Shown: one piece after another, positions 13,661 to 26,197 of the stretch
Numbering within the stretch: position 1 is the first letter of the stretch
Layout: each line of letters opens with the position of its first letter
NCBI GenBank assembly: GCA_964016885.1
Contig: OZ024744.1
Coordinates: 79,608,001-79,672,000, forward strand
Origin: Eledone cirrhosa
Taxonomy: Eukaryota
Length of the DNA stretch: 64,000 nt
Reading direction: 5' to 3'
Notes under the pieces: model-generated
The model's database searches: none
Seen by the model: the letters and a program-made list of their open reading frames with translations, nothing else
Told to the model about the DNA's origin: nothing
Program-made: the position numbers and the translations under genes

Positions 13661-14711
13661 TACTATACACACCTGCCATCAACATTATCACCGCTGTGTG
13701 AAAAAAGATAGAAAGGAAAGTTACTAACAAAGGCTGACAGAAGCAGAGAGTAAAAGGAAAGGAAGAGAGTAAATGAGTAAGAGAGAGAAGTAAGAAAGAG
13801 AGGGGGAGTGGGATAGAGAGGCGTTTAACCCTTTAGCATTTACATTACTCTATATATACTATTGTATTTTCATGGTAAACACTTTATCTCACAATATTGA
13901 ATCTATGAGATTTTGATATTATCTATTTTGAGAACAATACCTTAACGTCAGTATGAGTGGCTAGTTACAGCCAGTTTGAACAGAAAGAGGTGAGAAAATT
14001 CTGGCCGGATATGGCCGGTTTAAATGCTAAAGAGGTAATCACCCCACCCCACCCCCACCCCCCACCCCCCAAAAAAAATTTGCTGGCCTAGTGCCTATAG
14101 AAGAAATCATTATTATTTAGTGGATTGGCAGTATCGGTAGAGAGTCGGACACCATGGTTTCCAGCATAGTTACGTCCCTTTACGGTTTGAGTTCAAATCC
14201 CGCCAAGGTTAACTTTGCCTTTCATCCTTACGGGGTCGATAAAATAAAGTACCAGTAATGTTCTGGGTAATTGCTGGCCTTGTGCCAAAAAAGTAGAAAC
14301 AATTATTATTTAACCAAACTTAACTGAAATACCTTCTGTATATCATAATATAGTCATGTGGATCTAAACATTGAAAAGCAACTAAACCGGCTGTAATCGG
14401 CCACTCATACCAATGTTAAGGTATTGTTCTCAAAATAAAAAAACATCAAAATCTCGTAGATTTGATATAATAATAATGAAATTATTGTGTACAGTGCCCA
14501 GGCAGGCGCACTACAACTCATCAAAGGTGCATGTATAGCACATAGAATAATTGTTTCTACTTTAGGCACAAGGCCAGCAATTACCCAGTACATTACTGGT
14601 ACTTTATTTTATCGACCCCGTATAGCACATAGAATAATGTACAAATGTCAGGAAAGTGAACAGTGTATGAGTCATGATATACATGTGTGCATGTGTATGG
14701 AGGGCGGCGGC

Positions 14712-14742
<31 letters not shown>

Positions 14743-15329
14743 TATCAGGTGTAGTGTTGGCGAATTTTGGGAAGCAATGATGTTTTAAAGGCTGCAGTGT
14801 CCCGACAGCTAAACAACTGATGCAGGTAGTTTGTTCCATGCTTCAGAGTGTGAGAAAATGTTTCTGAAAGTCACGGGAAATATGTGAGGTTAAGTGTTTA
14901 CTGTGAAAATACAATAGTATATATAGAGTAATGTAAATGGTAAAGGGTTAAAAATAGGTATGGAAAAGCTCTGTGATATGAATGACAAGAAGGAGGAGGA
15001 GATAGATATGCATCATCATCATCGTCATCATCAACATCTTCATTATCGTCTTCATCATCATCTTCATCATCATCATCAATAATTTTAACTCGCCTACCTG
15101 GGTTGGACGGGTCCTTTTCAGCACAGCATCTCTACACTCACCACGTTCCTTCGTCATCTCCTCTGTGAGTCTCAGCGATTTAAGATCAGTTCTCACCACT
15201 TCTACCCAGGTCTTCCTTCGTCTAACTCTACTGCAGCTTCCCTCCACTGGGATCTTCTGACATAGAAGACAATTGGAATATGCAACAGGACAACCTGTTG
15301 CATATTTAAGTATCGACAGCAACATAGAA

Positions 15330-15560
15330 TTGATAAATGTGTCCGAACACTGAAGAGCCGAACTCCCACTGTCATCGCCTCCATCTGTCTGTGTTGTAAG
15401 CAAATGGGGTCCCACGTGCTGCCCCACAGCTCCGGCGGACAGAATGGAGAAGGCATTTCCACGGAGGTGCGCTGGAAGAGCCATTCCCTCTTGTGAGGCT
15501 CACACCTGTGGCTAGCCAGCTCGGCACCTATGGCGGTAAGTAGGGAGGTAGCCACTGCTA
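15330..15560 (-). mobile_element. 3' fragment of a CRE-like element (same family as 53445-53830)
   Basis: TSLLTAIGAELASHRCEPHKREWLFQR / LRGNAFSILSAG, and a shared downstream gatgacagtgggagtt motif. Boundaries are approximate. Confidence 0.68.
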
Positions 15561-16906
15561 GTTGCTGAACTGAAAACCTGTCAGAAAGCAACCAATACTT
15601 GGAGAGTTTGCCCTCCCCAGCTCGAAGTGCAGCAGAACGTGTTGCAAGCTACTGACAAGATCTGTTATTAGCACTAGGCACCAGCCAAATGAAAGGTGAC
15701 TTAGTGGTGGAATAGTACTGTATTTAGAGTCATTGAAGCTAAGAAGAGACAGGCATGGAAAGACTGGAAGAAAGGGAGCAGCAAAGAGCAGTATCAAGTA
15801 ACTAGAAGAAAAGAAGCTAGGTAGCAGGTTTACATAACACACAGAGAAGTTGAAAGCAGGAGGGTTACCAAGGTTCTATGTTGAGAGGATTAGAGATGCA
15901 AAGAGTTCCACATTACCAAGTAGTGTGTCAGTATGAATCAGAATATCATTGGAATGTCACCGGTGCACTTAGCTTTAGTAATGCTCAGAATAAAGGGGCC
16001 TGGAAATGATATTACAAGTTGTTGAATGTGGTGAATGAGTGAAGGGACTATCCCTAGTAAACTCAACAGTGGCAGTGGGGCCAGCTATCAAAGTTGACAT
16101 TTACAGAGTCAAAGAAGCAATCGGGGATATGTAAAATGGAAAAGCTGCTTGTCTGTCAGAGATGGATACTGAGATGCTGAAATTATCTGGTGAAGTAAGA
16201 TTGAAGCTATTCACCCACATAGTCAGCTATTCACTCACTACAGAGGCATAGTGTGTTAGCATAACTAATTAGAGAAAGAACTAGATGATTAGGTAAGATG
16301 CAGTTTGGTTTTGTGCCAGGAAGAAGTACCACTGATAACTTCTCAGCTTAAATAACAGAAATAACAGCAACCTCTCACCTCAAACTTACATAATTCTCTC
16401 AGTCAGCATGTATCATGTTAGAAATCATCATCATCATCACCGTTTTACGTCCATTCTTCCACGCTAGCATGGGTTAGACGAGTTGTCCTGTTGTGGGCAA
16501 TGCCAGGTCTGGTGACCATGACTTGCTCATTCAGAACTGATTCTGGCTTGATTTCTACAGCTGGATGCCCTTCATAACACAAACCTTATTTACAGTGAGT
16601 ACTGGGTGCTTTTTTACCGTGACGCCTACACAACCACTTTACAGTGAGAGGGAGTGGGGCATTCTATCTATATGCTTCAGCTTCAGCTTGTACCCGTGGG
16701 AAGTTGGGTCAACTTTATTACTGCGTAACTCCAGAGGTTTTGGTCCTGTGTCATCGCCTTTGAGAGGTGCAATTGGGCAATGTCAGCTTTTATCACCTCA
16801 TTCCAGGTCTTCTTGGGTTTCCTTACTCCAAGACTTCCATTGACTTTTAGTCGAATATTTAAAATATTATTTGTTCATTTATATTTATTATTCCTTATAA
16901 TTTCAG

Positions 16907-17023
16907 ATGAGAACCAAGTGTCCTTCATGTGTCACTTACAAAGAGGCACTGCCATACCAGCGGCTGTCGTTGTCTATGAATATGTGAAGGTCACTGGAAA
17001 TTTTAGAAAATGGACAGATTGTG
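16907..17023 (+). CDS. Clock: Clock coding exon (PAS-A, DENQVSFMCHLQRGT...YEYVKVTGNFRKWTDC)
   Basis: tttcag acceptor and G|gtgagt donor; 117 nt, phase 1-1. Matches CLOCK NQLEFCCHMLRGT...YEYVKFIGNFK. Confidence 0.93.
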
Positions 17024-18274
17024 GTGAGTTCTTTGACATTATTTATTTTACCATCACCAGTTTCACCATCCTTCCTGAAAAAACACATAAGGGATAGAGA
17101 GAAATTGATGGGCTAGGTAATGCTTAATAAGCATATGAGAGAGAAATCACACCTGAATAGGGTGTTAGTCTACAACAATAAAACTTCCCCCGAAGCTCTG
17201 CTGCCTGTTCATTATAGCTAGGTTATGTGAGGGTAAGCAGAAAAAATTTCACTGACGGTAGACATAACAAAGAGCATTGTGTTACTATTAAAACTAAAAA
17301 TCTATAAGCTGGCAGATCACTTACCATATCCCTGTTGCTATTTTCAATTGTGTTATTATAACCAGAAAATGTTAGGGCAGTTGATTGAAAGAATCGGTAG
17401 AGCATTGGACACCATGCTTTGTGGCATATAGTTACTGCCTTTTACATTCTGTGTTCAAATCCCGCCTAGATCAACTTTGCCTTTCATCCTTACAGGGTCA
17501 ATAAAATATAGCACCAGTAACACAGTGGGGTCGATTTAATCAAGATTCCCTCCGCTCAAATATTTTTGGTTTTGTGCCGAAATCAGAAACTGTTGTTATA
17601 GTCAGAAATGATGCTTACGGTTTTCAGTCATATTACACAAAAGGGTAAATAATAATCTCTTTGATACCAATCTGCCTGAAATCACTTCTGGTTATATGAT
17701 ACAAAGCTATTTATTTAAACATTTTTGTGATCACATTTCTAATGAAATACACTCAAACACTCTATTTCAATGAATTGATGGATAATTTTGAAGGATATAC
17801 TAAAATTATTAATTATTTAATGACTAAGATAGTAACTTAACATATGGTTCTTATATAAAATTATGTTGGAAAATATAAATTTTACCCTTTTAACCATTTA
17901 AACTGGCCATATCTAGAATTCTCTTACCTCTTTCTGGCTGCTCATACTGATGTTAAAGTATTGTTCTCAAAATAAATAACATCAAAATCTCATTGATTCG
18001 ATATTATGTGAGATAATTATGTGAGGTAGAGCCTTTACCATGAAAATATAATAGTAAATATAGAATAATGTAAATGCTAAAGGGTGTGTGGTTTTGTTTC
18101 ATAGAACCAGAGCCAGTTTTGGCTATTGGTATCAAAAGAGTTAAAATGTTTACATTCATTTAAAATCCTGCCATCATAATTTAATGTAAAAATCCTTATG
18201 TTCCAAACATATTCACTGTGTTGTCTGTCATTTTGCATAACTGTAATGTTTCCTCATTTTCCTACCTGATTTAG

Positions 18275-18473
18275 CACCTACCTTTAACGATGATGGCACA
18301 CGGAAGTTTTCCAAAGACTTCAATCAGTCAATGGCTGAGACTGCCTGCTTTTGTTGTACAGTCCAGCTCCAGCCATGTCAACTCATCCGGGAGATGTCCA
18401 ACATTGATGAATCAAAGGCAGAATTCACTTCCAGACACAGCTTTGAATGGAAATTTTTATTCCTGGACCACAG
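18275..18473 (+). CDS. Clock: Clock coding exon (end of PAS-A, linker, start of PAS-B: ...CFCCTVQLQPCQLIREMSNIDESKAEFTSRHSFEWKFLFLDHR)
   Basis: gatttag acceptor and AG|gtagtt donor; 199 nt, phase 1-2. EFTSRHSxEWKFLFLDHR is diagnostic of CLOCK/NPAS2. This frame is absent from the ORF track. Confidence 0.96.
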
Positions 18474-19335
18474 GTAGTTATTTAACTGTATTCTTTTTCT
18501 TTTTCTTTTTCTTCTTTTTCTTCTTTTTCTTCTTTTTCTTTTTCTTTTTCTTCTTGTTCTTGTTCTTTTTCTTCTTGTTCTTGTTCTTCTTTCATCTTTT
18601 TCCTTCTTTCGTCTTCTTTTTTGCCTTCTTCTTGTGAGGCTTGTTGGGGCAGAGTCCTCAAACACTCCCTCCAGCTGGTCCTGTCAGAAGCAACTGTCTC
18701 CAACTGATCTGGCTGGATCCCCAAGCCTGACCAGCCTAGCTCATGAATGTTATCTAATGATCTTGCTTGGGGTCTACACCTGGGTCTCCTACCTGTTGGT
18801 TTTGCCCATAAAATCTGTTATGATAGATTATATTAGCTATCATTGTTTTTTAAAACACTGTTTCCTTGAGCAAGACACTTTATTTATGATAGATTATATT
18901 AGCTATCATTGTTTTTTAAAACACTGTTTCCTTGAGCAAGACACTTTATTTCACATTGCTCCAGTTTACTCAGCTGTAAAAATGAGATGATAGGGACTGG
19001 GGTCCCTATCATTCCACTGCAAAGTGGTCGTGGAGGTGCCACGGCAAAAAAGCACCCAGCACTCACTGTAAATGAGGTTGGTGTTAGGAAGGGCATCCAG
19101 CTGTAGAAATCAAGCCAGAATCAGTTCCCGTCCCACCCTTGCAAGCAGGGAAAAGTGGACGTAAAATGAAATGATGATGATGATGATTAACATCCTGTAA
19201 TGACTTAGAAGAAAATATTTACAAATAGGTCTGTTAATTGAAATGTTTATAGCATCTTTATATGTATAATATATGCAAATAGTTTATTTTTTATATGAAG
19301 TAATTATTTTTTTTCCTTCTCTTTTTATTTTGAAG

Positions 19336-19442
19336 AGCACCACCCATCATTGGTTATCTGCCCTTTGAAGTACTTGGTACATCAGGCTATGACTATTATC
19401 ATCCAGACGATTTAGAAAAACTTTCAAAATGCCATGAGCAGT
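19336..19442 (+). CDS. Clock: Clock coding exon (PAS-B: [37 protein letters not shown])
   Basis: tgaag acceptor and T|gtaagt donor; 107 nt, phase 2-1. Near identical to the CLOCK PAS-B sequence. Confidence 0.97.
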
Positions 19443-21230
19443 GTAAGTTTATTATGTTTGCTTAACCTAAAACATCAATACCTACATTCCAGGCAGACTG
19501 CTTGAATTCTCAAAACTTCTTTGTTTTCTTCTTCTTTGTCCACTTATTCCTGCGAGGGTCATGGGGGATGAGTCCTGAAACACTTCTTCCAGCAGGTCCT
19601 GTCAGAAACATCTCCAATTGATCCAGTTGGATCTTCAAGTGAGATCAGCCGAGCTCATGGATGTTATCCAACCATCTTGCTTGGGGTCTACCCCTTGGTT
19701 TCCTGCTGGTTGGTTTTGCTCGAAATATCGGAGCTGAGATCTGTCAATTAGGAGAAAAAGCGACACTACCTGGAACAACTCTCTGATCTCCAAGTTACGC
19801 ACTCTATCAAGTAACATTACTCCAAAGACCCTTTGGAGGGACCCTATTTCAGCTGCTTGTATTTGCGATCATATTCTTTCAGTCATTACCCAAGGTTCAT
19901 GACCATAGGTATGGGTTTGCACGCATACCGAATTGAAGATAGAAATTTTAACTTTTACACTTACCCCACTTCTGATGACTGAATACTAAAGCTGGTGCAT
20001 TACTGCACCAGTTCCTGCAATTCTGTTAAAGCATTGGAAAAATGCTTTGCAGGAATTTATGACCATTTAAGTTCTGAGTTCAAGAGTGGTAGATTGACAG
20101 AATTGGTAGGGTGTCAGATAAAATGCCATTGCAGTATTTATGCTGGCTCTTTACATTCTGAGTTAAAATCCCACCTAGTTCAAATTTATGTTTCATCCTC
20201 ACAAGATCGATAAAATGAAGTACCAGTAATGCACTGAGGCTGATTTAATCAACATTCCCGCTCACCCAAAATTGTTGGCTTCATGCTTAAATCAAAACCA
20301 TGAGGGTCGGACGCTATGCTTTCCAGCATAGTTACGTCTCTTTACGATCTGAGTTCAAATCCCGCCGAGGTTGACTTTGCCTTTCATCCTTACGGGGTCG
20401 ATAAAATAAAGTACCAGTAATGTACTTGGTAATTGCTGGCCTTGTGCCAAAAGTAGAAACAATTATTATTATTATTAATTTATAGATTGGCAGTATCGGT
20501 AGAGGGTCGGACGCCATGCTTTGCAGCATAGAGTTACGGCTCTTTATGATCTGAGTTCAAATCTGGCCGAGGTTAACTTTGCCTTTCATCCTTACGGGGT
20601 CGTTAAAATAAAGTACCAGTAATGCACTGGGATAATTGCTGGCCTTGTGCCAAAAGTAAAAACAATTATTATTATTATTAACTTGTTTCTATTTGTTATT
20701 GTTGTTTATTGTGTTTTGTATCCCCTTTCACTTTCAGGAAATCATTGAATATTATAATATATGTTAATGATAGGACATCCTATAATATTGACTGTTTATC
20801 TTTCTCTCTCTCTCTCATACATACATATATCATTATCATCATCACTGTTTTACGTCCATTCTTCCATGCTAGCATGGGTTAGATGGGTTGTCCTGTTGTG
20901 GGCAATGCCAGGTCAGGTGACTAATGTCTTGCTCATACGGGAACTGATTCTGGCTTGGTTTCTACAGCTGGATGCCCTTCCTAACACCAACCTCATTCAC
21001 AGTGAGTGCTGGGTGCTTTTTTTTCCGTGGCACCTCCACGTCCACTTTACAGTGTGGGCTGGGTGCTTTTTTTGTCATGACACCTCCACAACCACTTTGC
21101 AGTAGGAGGGTGTGGGTGCATATTGTCTATATACTTCAGCTTCGGCTTGTATATATATCTCCAGGGAGTGTAATGTGAAGTTACTGTAGGTTCATGTCAG
21201 TATCGCGGTGTAGAGCTAGACAGAGTGTAA

Positions 21231-21645
21231 TATAATGATACAGAGGCGAATGGTTAAGCCTTCAATGCGTTAATTGTGTAGTGACGCGCGTTTCGCTATT
21301 GATCAGCTCAATGTTCGATCTGTATCAATCTGACCTGACTCTGGAATCAAAAGCTTGTCGGACCTCTGGTGTAATAATTGTTTCTACTTCTGGCACAAGG
21401 CCAGCAATTACCCAGTGCATTACTGGTACTTTATTTTATCGACCCCTGTAAGGATGAAAGGCAAAGTTAACCTCGACGGGATTTGAACTCAGACCGTAAA
21501 GGGACGTAACTATGCTGGAAAGCATGGCGTCAGACCCTCTACTGATACTGTCATTACTACAACAGAAAGCTGATCAATAGCGAAACGCGTGTCACCAATC
21601 AATAGACGTAATGAAGGCTTAACCATTCATCCCCGTATTATTGTA
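21231..21645. mobile_element. Fold-back Penelope-like element with minimal hammerhead halves, interrupted by a SINE
   Basis: Inverted arms of about 78 bp (21231-21308 / 21568-21645) contain GCT GATCAAT AGC GAAA C GCGY G TC. A related inverted copy lies at about 22097-22262. Confidence 0.6.
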
Positions 21646-22621
21646 TATATATATAGATAGATAGATGTATATATAGTTTTAAAATCTATGTTAGTTGATT
21701 GTCAGTGTTGAATTATCCGCACTCAAGAAAATAATGGAGGTTAAAATACTCTAAGTAAGAACTGGTATTACGCAAACCAGTATTTCAGCAGAGTATTGGT
21801 ATTACAGTGTGTATATATATATTAATGTCTATATTCCACACTAGCATGGGTTAGACGGAAATTGTCCCATTCGAGGCAAGATTGGTCGGGTGATCGTGTC
21901 TCGCTCGTATAGGAATATCTGGCAGGTTTTCTATGGCTGGATGCCCTTCCTAACACCAACCAATATTTTATTTTATCAACCCCGTAAGGATGAAAGGCAA
22001 AGTTAACCTCGGCGGGATTTGAACTCGGACTGTAAAGGGACATAACTCTATGCTGGAAAGCATGGCGTCCAACCCTCTACCGATACTGGACGATTTACGT
22101 CTTCATTACGTTTATTTAGTGATGTGCGTTTCGCTATTGATCTGGCCCAACAGAGGTCCAACAAGCTTTTGATTCCAGAGTCGGGCTAGATGGTTATAGA
22201 TCAAACATTGAGCTCATCAATAGCGAAACGTACGTCACTACTCAATTAACGTAATGAAGACATAACAAATCGTTCTTTTCGTTATTATTACTATTACTAT
22301 TATTATTATTATATATATGTGTGTGTCTGTAAGGTTGTCGTACTGGTGCCACAACAAAAGCTCCCAGTATATGCTGTAAAGTGCTTGGCATAAGGAGGAA
22401 CAGCTAGTTGCAGAAACCATGCCAAAAATGGAATGTGTAAGCAAAACCTGATCGTCTGACCTGTCTGGCTTCTTAATGCCATTCTATCTAACCCACGCAA
22501 GCATGGAAAATCAATGTTAAACTTGATGATAATGATATATATCTATATCACTTAGAAATTAACATGAGATAAATGAAGGACACTGAAAATATACACACAC
22601 ACATCCATACATACTCATATA

Positions 22622-22670
<49 letters not shown>

Positions 22671-23548
22671 TCACACACATAGATATATATTCCAACTGAA
22701 TGCCTATAATCTGGTCTTTATTCTTTTTATGCATCCAAGAGTTGTCTTTCCTGATATAAACATGATGACTGATTTAAACTGGCATTGCTTGTGTTTTTGT
22801 GCATATATATCCTCATCATTTTCATCACTATTGCTTCCATGGGTTAAACAGGTCCTATTTTGACCATGTGTGTTTATATATATATATCATCATCATCATC
22901 GTTTAATGTCTATCTTCCACGCTAGCATGGGTTTAGACTGATTAATGTTCAGAGCTATCCTCAGAATTCTTGTGTAGCACCCATCCACCATCTGAGTAAG
23001 TTTCGACAGAAAAAGAAGTTGCCATCGGCCTTTATGAGGAAATGAACCCCATATCTTCCACATACCGGCTAGAATATATATCATCATCATCATCATCATC
23101 ATCACCGTTTTATGTCTGTTCTTCCACGTTAGCATGGGTTAGACGGGGTGTCCTGTTGTGGACAGTGTCCGGTCAGCTGACCTTGTCTTGCTCATACGGG
23201 AACTGATTCTGGCTTGATTTCTACAGCTGGATGCCCTTCCTAACACCAACCTCATTTACAGTGAGTGCTGGGTGCTTTTTTTCCATGGCGCCTACACGTC
23301 CACTTTACAGTGTGGGCTGGGTGCTTTTTTGTTGTGGCACCCCCACGACCATTTTGTAGTGGAATGATAGGGACACCAGTCCCTATCATCTTATTTCTAC
23401 AGCTGAGTAAACTGGAGCAATGTGAAATAAAGTGTCTTGCTCAAGGAAACAACACATCACCCTGTCCGAGAATTGAACTCACAATCTTTCGATTGCAAGC
23501 CCAATGCTCTAACCACTAAGCCATGTGCCTTCACTATATATATATATA

Positions 23549-24440
23549 CGGGGGACTCTGTCAAAGGCTTTCTCCAGGTCTACAAAAGCTAAGTAGAGGG
23601 GTTTACCTTTAGCAAGGTACTTCTCCTGTAGTTGTCGTACAATGAAAAGAGCGTCTGTGGTACTTTTACCTGACACAAACCCGAAGTGCATTTCATCTAG
23701 ATTAATTCCCTCTCTGATTAGTTGCGGTATAACTCTTTCTGTGACCTTCATGACCTGGTCAACTAACTTAATGCCTCTATAGTTTCCTCTATCTAGGGTG
23801 TCTCCTTTACCCTTGTAGCAGTTAATGATGCTGCTTCTACACCAGTCCTTTGGTATGACCCCATTCTGTATAACTTGGTTTACTATGCGGGTGACCATAG
23901 TGTGTCCCACCGTTCCAGATGCTTTCAGCATTTCAGCAACTATTTCCGAAGGCCCAAGCCGCCTTGCCCGTCTTCATATCTTTGATTGCCTTACTTATTA
24001 TACTACCTTTAACTTGCACCGCTGGTCCTTCTATTGGATTGATGTGGAGGGAGGCTGTCTTTCTCCCACTTATTCTCCTCATTTAATAGTCTCTCGTAGT
24101 GACACTTCCAGGCTATCTTCTTATCAGCATCTGTGAGGGCAAGTACACCGTTATCATTACGGACACACTTCTCCCCGACAATATCACGGTTTTCCTTGAC
24201 ACATTGCCTAGCAATCCTGAACACCTCGCGTTTTTGGTCCTCACATTGTAGAACATGCTTGAACTTTCTATCCTCTGCTTCCCTTTTTACAAGGTACACT
24301 TGTCTCCTAGCTTTTCTCCTGGCCACTTGATAGTGCTCTCTATTTCCCCCATCCTGCCATACTTTCCAAGCCTGCTTTTTGGCCTTGATTGTTTCTTCTA
24401 CCTTACTGTTCCACCATCAAGTTACTCTGCTCCAGCCACA
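23549..24440 (-). mobile_element. RTE LINE internal fragment (RT N-terminal part)
   Basis: IPKDWCRSSIINCYKGKGD..NYRGIKL...FGFVSGKSTTDALF..LQEKY..FVDLEKAFDRVPR. Confidence 0.85.
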
Positions 24441-24482
24441 GATTTCGTATTATATATATTATATATATATAGAGAGAGAGAG

Positions 24483-24590
24483 AGGAAAATGTATGACCCC
24501 GACAGCAGAGCTCAAGCTGTTTCGACGGCTATTTCTGGAAATAGCCGTCGAAACGGCTTGAGCTCTGCCGTCGGGATCATGCATTTTCCT
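24483..24590. mobile_element. Near-perfect 53-bp-arm palindrome carrying the 3' half of a hammerhead (Penelope-like terminus)
   Basis: Arms at 24483-24535 and 24538-24590 differ by 4 transitions. The right arm reads GAAA CGGC ttGAGCTCt GCCG TC. Flanked by (TA)n; the downstream tail resembles that after 41250. Confidence 0.65.
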
Positions 24591-24668
24591 ATTACCCACT
24601 CTACTACCCTAAGTATTTAGTACTCTCATGCATTATGGTCCATCTGCTTCATTACCACAACTCTTTTG

Positions 24669-24723
<55 letters not shown>

Positions 24724-24732
24724 TATATATAT

Positions 24733-25458
24733 ATCATCATCATCATTTTACGTCCGCTTTTCCCTGCTTGCAAGGGTGGGATGGGTCTTATTCAGCACAG
24801 CATCTCTCCACTTGTCACGGTCCTTCGTCATCTCCACCGTGAGCTTCAGCGACCTGAGGTCTGTTCTCACCACCTCCACCCATGTTTTTCGTGGTCTACC
24901 TCTACCACGTCTTCCTTCAACTGGCATTTCCTGGCACTTCTTCACCCATCGGTCATCCTCCATGCGCATAACATGTCCATACCACCACAGTCTCCTCTCT
25001 CGCACACTAAAACTTATCCCTCTTAAACGCAGTTTTGCTCTCAACACATTCATGCTGGGTCGTTCACGCACATTGACATTGCACATCCAACGGAGCATGC
25101 TTGCCTCATTTCTCTCCAGCCGTCGCATATCCTCTGCAGTTGCTGCCCATGTCTCACTACCATGCAGCATCGCGCTCCTCACACAGGCATCATATAACCA
25201 GCCTTTCGTACGCAGGGAGAAACCCTTCTTCGTCAGCAGAGGAATTATTTTTCTCTAAGAATCTCTCTTGTAATTGTCTCACCAAGAAGAGGGCATCTGT
25301 TGTACTCTTCCCAGGCACAAAACCAAACTGCCTCTCATCTAGTTTGACCCTTTCTCTAATTAGTTGTGCTAATATCCTTTCTGCCACTCTCATAACTTGA
25401 TCCATCAGTTTTATACCCCTATAATTGCTTCTCTCCAGAGCATCCCCTTTACCTTTGT
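24733..25458 (-). mobile_element. RTE LINE fragment with an internal deletion joining the RT N-part to the C-terminus
   Basis: QFGFVPGKSTTDALF..LQERFLEK is fused to HGSETWA...RRLWWYGHVMRM...GRPRKTW; (TGA)n tail. Confidence 0.85.
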
Positions 25459-26197
25459 TATATATATATATATTTATTTAGGGGAGAGATAAAGATCATT
25501 TGTGTATTTATTGCCCTAGAATATAGAGGACAGCAAATAAACAGATAAAGAACTTAATGAAACACTTATTTGTATCAACTTAAAATAACCCAGAGCATGA
25601 GTGTGAGTGTGTACATACACACACACACACATGTGTATATACACACACCAGTAATTGTACTTTATTCCTACATATTCATATGTATTACATATATATACAT
25701 GTACACTCACGCACCACTAATTATATTTTATTACTATTTGTATGTATTACACACACACATATACACATATGCACACACATATACACACTGTAATACATAA
25801 ACACACACACGCCACGACCCCGTAAGGATGAAAGGCAAAGCTAACCTTTGTTGGATTTTGAGTTCAAATCCCACCGAGGTTAGCTTTGCCTTTCATCCTT
25901 ACAGGGTCAATAAAATAAAGTACCAGTAATGCACTGAGATCAATTTAATCAATTTTCCCTTCTCTCCAAATTGCTGGCTTTGTGCCTAAATCAGAAACCA
26001 TTATTATATACATTCATAGAGGGTCGGACGCCATGCTTTGACGCATAGAGTTACGGCTCTTGCCATTCTGAGTTCAAATCCCGCCGAGGTTAACTTTGCC
26101 TTTCATCCTTACGGGGTTGTTAAAATAAAGTACCAGTAATACACTGCGATAATTGCTGGCCTTGTGCCAAAAGTGGAAAGAATTATTACATACATTC

